Of a DNA stretch of 24,939 nucleotides, positions 9,108 through 15,816 are shown in pieces. Every line of letters starts with the position of its first letter. Positions within the stretch are counted from its first letter, which is position 1. Source of the DNA: Deltaproteobacteria bacterium (GTDB lineage Bacteria > Myxococcota_A > UBA9160 > SMWR01); NCBI GenBank assembly GCA_032128375.1, contig JAQBGU010000147.1:1-24939 (forward strand), written 5' to 3'. The notes under the pieces are model-generated. The model made no database searches and was not told the DNA's origin. It worked only from the letters and a program-made list of their open reading frames with translations. Position numbers and translations under genes: made by a program.

Positions 9108-10358
9108 TCAGCCGCTTGCGGATGAGAGTCGCGCGACGTCCATACCCGATGGGTTCTGGAATGCGCGAAGATCGAAATCGGCAGCCACTGAGATCAGATG
9201 ATCGACGATGTCCGACTGGATGCCTTCGTAGACCGCCCAGGCGGTGATGTTCGTGAAACAGTAGATCTCGATCGGCAGACCGGTGGCCGTCGGTTCGAGC
9301 TGTCGCACGATCAAGGTCATGTCTTGATGAATGAGCGGGTGATTGCGCAGATACTCGTACACGTAAACGCGATAGGTGCCCACATTGGTGAGACGTCGGA
9401 TATCGGCGTTGATACTCGGGTCCCGGCCCCCTACTGCATTGAAAGCCGCGAGATCGTTGCGCTTGGTCGCAATGTAATCCTTCATCAGCGCGAACTCGCC
9501 GAATCGGTCAATTTCTTCGGGCGTGAGGAAGCGAATCGAGCCCATGTCCAGAAGCAGCGACCGCTTGATGCGCCGCCCGCCCGATTCGCCCATGGCGCGC
9601 CAGTTCTTGAACGAGCCTTCGATGAACTTGTGGGTGGGGATCGTCGTGATGGTCTTGTCCCAGTTCTGGACGCTGACACTGTGTAACGCGATATCGACGA
9701 CATCTCCGTCTGCGTTGAACTCCGGCATTTCGATCCAGTCGCCGACGCGAATCATGTCGTTGCTCGTCAGCTGAACGCTGGCGACCAGGCTGAGAATCGT
9801 GTCCTTGAAGACCAACAACAGCACCGCGGTCATCGCGCCGAGCCCGCTGAGGAAGATCAAAGGGGACTTGTCGAACACCGTCGCGACGATCACCACCGCA
9901 GCGATGCCGCCAATGACCATGTTCAACAGTTGGACGTAGCTCTTGATCGGTCGGCTTCGATACTTGTCGAGCCGGGAGTAAATTTCGTTGGTGGCGTTCA
10001 AGACGGCGCTCATCGACAGCGCGATCAGAAGAACGATCGCGGCCGAAGCCAGCCGCTCCACCAACGTGACGATCGTTTCGTCGAGCTCTGGAACCAGCTG
10101 TATGCCGGATCGAGCGACCAGAGCGGGTGCCATCAGCGCGACTCGGATGAAAAATCGCGCCTCGACCAGCCGGTCGTCCCACTTCGTTTCGCTGCGCGCG
10201 ACGAAGCGGCGGATCCCTGCGACGAGGATCCTGCGAACGATCAGCAGCGAAAGCCAAGCTGCGAATCCCACTGCAGCGAGCCCGACGGCCTGGATCGCCA
10301 GGGGGTTTTCGATGAACCCGCGGAGGCCGAGACTCTCCCAGTCGATTTCCCGACCCAT
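9108..10358 (-). CDS. Small-conductance mechanosensitive channel, YbdG/MscM-like
   Basis: GLGAMTAVLLLVFKDTILSLVAS, GDWIEMP..ADGDV, QNWDKTITTIP, GGRRIKRS, YEGIQSDI. Start MGREIDW at 10358; the longer ORF is antisense read-through of frmA. Confidence 0.93.
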   Translation of the reverse strand: MGREIDWESLGLRGFIENPLAIQAVGLAAVGFAAWLSLLIVRRILVAGIRRFVARSETKWDDRLVEARFFIRVALMAPALVARSGIQLVPELDETIVTLVERLASAAIVLLIALSMSAVLNATNEIYSRLDKYRSRPIKSYVQLLNMVIGGIAAVVIVATVFDKSPLIFLSGLGAMTAVLLLVFKDTILSLVASVQLTSNDMIRVGDWIEMPEFNADGDVVDIALHSVSVQNWDKTITTIPTHKFIEGSFKNWRAMGESGGRRIKRSLLLDMGSIRFLTPEEIDRFGEFALMKDYIATKRNDLAAFNAVGGRDPSINADIRRLTNVGTYRVYVYEYLRNHPLIHQDMTLIVRQLEPTATGLPIEIYCFTNITAWAVYEGIQSDIVDHLISVAADFDLRAFQNPSGMDVARLSSASG

Positions 10359-10638
10359 CTGACACACCTCGTTCCACGGCTCCGCGCCAGATTTGGAGAG
10401 GCCACGGATTGGGGAGCAACGATAACACTCGTGAACCGGGCGAGCGCCAGTATAATTGTGAACCGCGGATCCATGCTGGAGCGATGCAGCCAGATTCAAA
10501 CATCGGGGCCGGGCGCGTGGTCGAAACCTTCGATTCAGGCATGTGATTCTGAATTTTGATGCGAGACTTTGACTCCAGATTCTTGATTTCAGAAAAGGGA
10601 GCGCGAGAAATGGACCTGCGACGATCGGGAGCGAGACG

Positions 10639-11748
10639 ATGAAGGTTGATGCGGCGATCTGTTGGGAACCCGGTAGGGCGCTCGAGGTCGAACGAATCGA
10701 TCTCGAGGGACCCAAGCGCGGGGAGTGCCTGGTGCGACTTGCGGCGTCCGGGGTTTGCCACACCGACGCGTTTACGATGAGTGGTGAAGACCCGGAGGGC
10801 GTGTTTCCCGTGGTGCTCGGCCACGAGGGAGCCGGGGTGGTCGAAGAGGTGGGGCCGGGCGTCGACGGCCTCAGTGTCGGCGACCATGTGATCCCGCTGT
10901 ACATCCCCGAATGTCGACAGTGCAAGTTCTGTATTTCTGGTCGGACGAATCTCTGCTTCAAGCTGCGCGAAACACAAGGACGCGGCCTGATGCCCGACGG
11001 CACCAGCCGGCTTTCGTACAAGGGCAAGCTGATCCACCACTTCATGGGGACATCGACGTTTGCCGAGTACACGGTCGTGCCGGAGATCGCGTTGGCGAAG
11101 ATCCGGCCGGATGCGCCGCTGGACAAAGTCTGTCTGTTCGGCTGCGCGGTGACGACCGGAATCGGCGCTGTGCTGCACACCGCAAAGGTGGAGCCCGGCT
11201 CGACGATCGCGGTGTTCGGACTCGGCGGAGTGGGTCTGTCGGTGATCCAGGGTGCATCGATCGCGGGCGCAGATCGCGTCATCGCCGTCGACACGAACCC
11301 GGCGAAATACGAACTGGCCGGGCAGTTGGGTGCGACGGATTTCTTGAACCCCAAAGAAGTCGATGACCTCGCCGCCGCGATCATCGAAATGACCGACGGA
11401 GGAGTCGACTATTCGTTCGAGTGTGTTGGAAACGTCGATCTGATGGGCACCGCGATGGCCTGCACGCATCGGGGATGGGGCGAAGCGATCATCATCGGGG
11501 TCGCCGGTGCGGGTCAGGAAATCCACGCGCGACCGTTCCTTCTGGTGACAGGGCGTTCATGGCGCGGGTCGGCGTTCGGCGGCGTTCGCGGGCGAACGCA
11601 GCTGCCGCAGTTCGTGGATCGCTACATGTCGGGTCGAATCAAACTCGACGAAATGATCAACGCGACCATGCCGCTCGCCGAAATCAACTCTGCGTTCGAA
11701 AAGATGCACGACGGCGAGGTCATCCGGAGCGTGTTGCTCTACGGTTAG
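10639..11748 (+). CDS. frmA: S-(hydroxymethyl)glutathione dehydrogenase / class III alcohol dehydrogenase
   Basis: GVCHTD, GHEGAG, CRQCKFC...NLC, HFMGTSTF, GLGGVG, RPFLLVTGRSWRGSAFGG. Confidence 0.95.
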   Translation: MKVDAAICWEPGRALEVERIDLEGPKRGECLVRLAASGVCHTDAFTMSGEDPEGVFPVVLGHEGAGVVEEVGPGVDGLSVGDHVIPLYIPECRQCKFCISGRTNLCFKLRETQGRGLMPDGTSRLSYKGKLIHHFMGTSTFAEYTVVPEIALAKIRPDAPLDKVCLFGCAVTTGIGAVLHTAKVEPGSTIAVFGLGGVGLSVIQGASIAGADRVIAVDTNPAKYELAGQLGATDFLNPKEVDDLAAAIIEMTDGGVDYSFECVGNVDLMGTAMACTHRGWGEAIIIGVAGAGQEIHARPFLLVTGRSWRGSAFGGVRGRTQLPQFVDRYMSGRIKLDEMINATMPLAEINSAFEKMHDGEVIRSVLLYG

Positions 11749-11862
11749 CCGAATCGCAGAGCGGATCGTTGATGTGAACTGCCTTCCTCTGTTCGGTTCG
11801 CGTTGATCGGTAAATCTCTCAGAGCTGATTGGACCGAAGACGAGAAGCGTTGACTTCAGCGG

Positions 11863-12624
11863 TCAACCGCGTAGGCCGAGCAGCGCCAGTCCGTCCCAAA
11901 CAAACAATCGAACGGCGATCAGTGTGAGAACCGTTCGATACAGACGGATGAACCAGACCTCGCTGACGTACTCGAGCAGCTGGCTGCCGATCCATGTGCC
12001 GACGATGACACAAACCGATAGCAGCACGAGCGGCAGCGCGAACCCGGCAAACGCGAACCCCGCGACGCCGAATACCGCGAGCTTGGCCAGGTGCCCGAGC
12101 GCCTGGCATGCGGCCTTTGTGCCGATGAGTGCCTGACGGGTCAGTCCCAGGCTCAAGAAAAACGGCGCGATCAACGGTCCAGTGGCGCCGACTGTGACGT
12201 TCACGAATCCGACGACTCCGCCCAATACCCAGAATCGTCGGTGGATGTCCGACCGTTCCGGGTGTGTGCCGATCAGCAGCAGCCGCGGTGCCCAGGTCGC
12301 AAGCAGAACGAAAGCGCCGATCAGGCAGCGCGCTCCGGCAGGTGGCAGTGCCTGGGCGAGCGACAGACCGAGCAGGCCCATGGGAAACAGCAATGCGCCG
12401 TAGCGCCAGATGATGCTCCAGTGGATATGGCGACGCTGGATGATCGAGCGAGAGCCATTGGAGACGAGCTGTACGGCCCCGTGGATCGGGATCGCAATCA
12501 ACGGGTCATAGAAGATCAGCATCACCGAAAGCAGCGTGATGCCACCGGCCATCCCGACGACCGCGGAAAGCACTGCGGTCAGCAGTGCCGTCACACACAG
12601 AACCGAAAGGTCGAGCACTTCCAA
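11863..12624 (-). CDS. TauE/SafE family (sulfite exporter-like) membrane protein
   Basis: GMAGG, IPIHGAVQLVSNGSR, GATGPL, IGTKA; about 8 TM segments. Confidence 0.88.
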   Translation of the reverse strand: MEVLDLSVLCVTALLTAVLSAVVGMAGGITLLSVMLIFYDPLIAIPIHGAVQLVSNGSRSIIQRRHIHWSIIWRYGALLFPMGLLGLSLAQALPPAGARCLIGAFVLLATWAPRLLLIGTHPERSDIHRRFWVLGGVVGFVNVTVGATGPLIAPFFLSLGLTRQALIGTKAACQALGHLAKLAVFGVAGFAFAGFALPLVLLSVCVIVGTWIGSQLLEYVSEVWFIRLYRTVLTLIAVRLFVWDGLALLGLRG

Positions 12625-12736
12625 TCTCTACGTCCTTGTCGTGAAACTCTGCCGCATGGCGGCCGTATCGGGTTCGTCAACCGCACAGACCATCCGGACA
12701 GACTCCGCGTCACAGTTTCGGACGAACAGCCTTGAG

Positions 12737-13798
12737 TCAGGATCCGCGGTACAAAAGCGGTGTTTCGGCGGCATTGCGCGCTTCTACCACGATCTGGTGA
12801 TGGGGTGAAAGGTCGCATGCGGGGTCTGTGACCGATGGATCGCCGGTCAGCGCGAACGCCTGGCAGCGGCACCCGCCGAAATCGCGGCTGCTCTCGGGAC
12901 AGCTGCGACAGGGTTCGGGGAGCCACGCGTCGCCGCGGAAGGCGTTCATCCCGGGAGCGTCTTGCCAGCATTCGGCCAGTGGACGCTGCAGGGTCGACCA
13001 GAACTCGAGATCCGGCAGGTCGGCTGCAGCATGGCAAGGCAGCACCCGACCGTCCGGCGCTACCACGCAAGTCTTTCGCCCCCAGCCCCCCATGCACGGC
13101 TTGGGTCGCCCTGCGTGGTAGTCGGGCAGCACGTAGACGATTTCGCGCACGCGGCGTTCGCGACGCGCCCGTTCGACGGCCCGCGAGGCGCGTTCGAGCT
13201 GTTCCTGGCTCGGAAGTAGCGCGGCGCGGTTGGCGAGCGCCCAACCGTAGTATTGGGTATTTGCGATTTCGAGGCGGTGGGCGTCGAGACGCTCTGCCAG
13301 GTCGATCAGGTCTGGAACGCGGTCGAGGTTCTCGCGGTGGACGACGGCATTGATGCACAGTGGCAGTTCGAGCTTGCGGACGATTCGCGCGAAATCGAGT
13401 TTCTGCTCGAACATGTCGACGCCAGCGATCCGTCGTGAACCTTGTGAGTTCGCGTCTTGAATACTCAGCTGCACGCTGCGCAACCCGACGTCGCGCAGCT
13501 TCGCGAGTGCGTCGGAGTCGAGCGTCGTTCCGGCGGTGATCAGATGTGTGTACAAATCGGCAGCTGCCGCCGCCGAAACGATCTCGATGAGATCCGGGTG
13601 CAGTGTGGGTTCGCCACCGGTGAGGCCCACGTGCAATGCGCCCAGCGCAGCGGCTTCCCTGAAGACCCGGCCCCAAGCGGCGCCGTCGAGCTGCTCACGT
13701 GTGTCGCGGTAGGAGATGGGATTCGAGCAATAAACACAACGCAAAGGGCAACGGTAGGTGAGTTCGGCGACGAGGTTGTAGAGACGGGGAGGATTCAT
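12737..13798 (-). CDS. pqqE: PQQ biosynthesis radical SAM/SPASM peptide cyclase
   Basis: ELTYRCPLRCVYCSNP, QYYGWA, PCMGGWG, LPCH, CRSC...DFGGCRCQA; ATGA overlap with pqqCD. Confidence 0.96.
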   Translation of the reverse strand: MNPPRLYNLVAELTYRCPLRCVYCSNPISYRDTREQLDGAAWGRVFREAAALGALHVGLTGGEPTLHPDLIEIVSAAAAADLYTHLITAGTTLDSDALAKLRDVGLRSVQLSIQDANSQGSRRIAGVDMFEQKLDFARIVRKLELPLCINAVVHRENLDRVPDLIDLAERLDAHRLEIANTQYYGWALANRAALLPSQEQLERASRAVERARRERRVREIVYVLPDYHAGRPKPCMGGWGRKTCVVAPDGRVLPCHAAADLPDLEFWSTLQRPLAECWQDAPGMNAFRGDAWLPEPCRSCPESSRDFGGCRCQAFALTGDPSVTDPACDLSPHHQIVVEARNAAETPLLYRGS

Positions 13799-14799
13799 CG
13801 CGGATCTTCATCTCGGATGACATTCTCGCCTTTCTCTTCATGCCCGACGATTTGTCGATCCGCGACTCCCTCAACTACACCGAGTCGGCCCATTTTCTCC
13901 AGAAATAGATGTGTGTCGTCCCACGCCTGTTCGCTGTTCGAGTGTTGCGCGCGCAATTGGTCGGCGACCTCGAGCGTGGTTCGGTCTCCATCGCACAGTT
14001 CCAGGATCTCCGCGCCGGTAGTGTTCAACTCCACGGCCCGCTCCGGCAATACTACCGTCGCGACGCCGCCGATCGTGTCGCGGCGGAGTTGCGCGCGAGC
14101 CGAAAGGCGGGGCTTGCTGTGGGCAGTTTCGATCGCGTCCAACAGGCTCCACAGGATTTCGCACTTGCGGGTCAGTGCCTCCGTGCAGCGTTCCTGGTCC
14201 ATCTGCTCGGTGGCGTGTTCGATCACATAATCGAGCCCCCATGCCGCGTCGCGGGGTGCTTGGGTGGTGCGCGATTGGAAGTAGCGGAGCCCATCGATCC
14301 TCACCCATGGGTAGTGCTGTTCGAACGCGGCGATTCGAACCTTCATGATATTGCCCGCAAACATCTCGGTCAGCGAAGCCGCGACTGACTCGAGCAGGTC
14401 GTGGCCGTCGACGAAGTCGACATACGCATCACAGGCGGCGCGCACCCCGGGCAGGACCCGATCGAAGTCAGCGACGCTTTCTCTGCTGAGCCCGACGGCG
14501 TCGGCCAGCGTCAGCCATAGCGCGAGACCGCCATCGCCCGGCTTGACTCCGTCGTGGTCGTGAATGCGCTGGACCCATTCGCGCCGAAACTGCGGGTCGC
14601 GCGCCTTGGCGACGATCAGCGCGTCCTTGATCGGGATCCGGGTCTGGTAGTAGTAGCGGTTGCGAACCCAGGTCTGGATTTCTTGTTTGCTGAGTGCGCC
14701 GTCGTGCATGCGCAAGTTGAACGGGTGGCGGTAGTGATAGCGCTCGAGTCCGATCTGGCGAAGTCGGTCTTCGAACTCGGCTGGGCTCCAGCAGCTCAT
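13795..14799 (-). CDS. pqqCD: Fused PqqC (PQQ synthase) - PqqD (RRE peptide chaperone)
   Basis: PqqC motifs NRYYYQ..IPIKDA, RIHDHDG, SLTEMFA, HYPW, QAPRD, KC.ILW. The C-terminal ~100 aa is PqqD-like (VLPERAVELN.TGAEILELCDG). RBS AAGGAG before ATG 14799. Confidence 0.93.
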   Translation of the reverse strand: MSCWSPAEFEDRLRQIGLERYHYRHPFNLRMHDGALSKQEIQTWVRNRYYYQTRIPIKDALIVAKARDPQFRREWVQRIHDHDGVKPGDGGLALWLTLADAVGLSRESVADFDRVLPGVRAACDAYVDFVDGHDLLESVAASLTEMFAGNIMKVRIAAFEQHYPWVRIDGLRYFQSRTTQAPRDAAWGLDYVIEHATEQMDQERCTEALTRKCEILWSLLDAIETAHSKPRLSARAQLRRDTIGGVATVVLPERAVELNTTGAEILELCDGDRTTLEVADQLRAQHSNSEQAWDDTHLFLEKMGRLGVVEGVADRQIVGHEEKGENVIRDEDPR

Positions 14800-14816
14800 C
14801 GGCCGACAACTCTCCT

Positions 14817-15713
14817 TCAAACTTCGAACTCCACCCCGTCAGCCGCGATTTCGATGCCCGCCGACGTGACCGTGGCGGTCTGCTCCGAATCTGCGTCGAG
14901 GATCGGATTGGTGTTGTTCATGTGAATGTAGACCGTTCTGCCGGGCATGCCTCGAAGCTGTTCGAGACTGCCATCTGGACCGGTGATCGGTACGTGGCAC
15001 ATCGCGAACGCGTCGGGTGCGCCCGGGCGCAGCGCCTTGAGCTCATCGTTGGTAAAGAACGTGCCGTCGATGAAGCGACATTCCGCGGCGCGAATTTCCG
15101 CGAGTGTTCCGGAGTCGAGGTGCTTTATACCCGGCACGTAGACGAGCCGGTGGCCAGTTGCCTTGTCGGTGATTCGGACGCCGACGGTGGTGTCGGGTCG
15201 GTTGGGCTTTGCGATATCGGACAGAAATCCCGGGACTTTGCCCGGTACGGGAAAAAAGCGGGCTTCCAACTGGCCCGCCGCATCGAGCAGCACCCGCTCG
15301 TCGAGTTTGGCCACATCCCAGGAAGGCTCGAGCAGCCGGAATGCCGCATTGTTGTCGAGCAGTGCATCTCGCACCCAGGGTGTCGTCAGGATCCGGTACG
15401 AAAGCGCCTCACGCAGGATCAGCAGCCCCATGCAGTGGTCGAGATCTGCGTTGGTGAGCAGCAAGGTGTCGATCGGGACGTCGCGCGTGCCTGGCCGCGG
15501 GTGTAGGCCTGCGAACGCGGCAAACTGCTGTCGGATGTCCGGGCTGGCGTTCAGCACACTCCAGCGCGCGCCGTCTGCCGAGACTGCGATCGAAGGCTGG
15601 GTTCGAGCCGGTACCGCTGCGACCCCGGCGCGCGCCCGGACTGAGTTCGGGCCGCCACAATTCCACTGCGGCAGTCCGCCGCCCGCACAGGACCCGAGGA
15701 TGCGAACCTTCAA
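14817..15713 (-). CDS. pqqB: PQQ biosynthesis protein B (MBL-fold hydroxylase)
   Basis: ILGSCAGGGLPQWNC, RTQPSIAVS, LNASPDIRQQ, TNADLDH..GLL.LRE, DGTFF..DE, HMNNTNP; TTG start after GGAG. Confidence 0.94.
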   Translation of the reverse strand: MKVRILGSCAGGGLPQWNCGGPNSVRARAGVAAVPARTQPSIAVSADGARWSVLNASPDIRQQFAAFAGLHPRPGTRDVPIDTLLLTNADLDHCMGLLILREALSYRILTTPWVRDALLDNNAAFRLLEPSWDVAKLDERVLLDAAGQLEARFFPVPGKVPGFLSDIAKPNRPDTTVGVRITDKATGHRLVYVPGIKHLDSGTLAEIRAAECRFIDGTFFTNDELKALRPGAPDAFAMCHVPITGPDGSLEQLRGMPGRTVYIHMNNTNPILDADSEQTATVTSAGIEIAADGVEFEV

Positions 15714-15769
15714 CGATAGGCGCTCCGAGCTGCGTTTCGCCCAATCCGAGCCTGGAAGTCGTCTGGCAC
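15710..15769 (-). CDS. Putative 19-aa peptide in the pqqA position (MPDDFQARIGRNAARSAYR); lacks ExxxY
   Basis: AGGAG 7 nt before GTG; the stop TGA overlaps the pqqB TTG start (TTGA). Confidence 0.3.
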   Translation of the reverse strand: MPDDFQARIGRNAARSAYR

Positions 15770-15816
15770 CCGGGATCTCCTGCGAAACGGAACACGCATG
15801 GTAGCCTATGCGCCCC

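Noticed and set aside
9108..11526. Very long minus-strand ORFs (758 aa and 672 aa) overlapping frmA, suggesting an MscS fusion or overlapping gene
   Set aside because: The extensions are stop-free antisense frames of a GC-rich gene; MscS similarity begins only at ~10358.
15720..15765. Minus-strand frame reading RLGLGETQL, reminiscent of PqqA LRLGLEVTLY
   Set aside because: No Tyr, and no nearby start or stop; it lies within a long shadow ORF.
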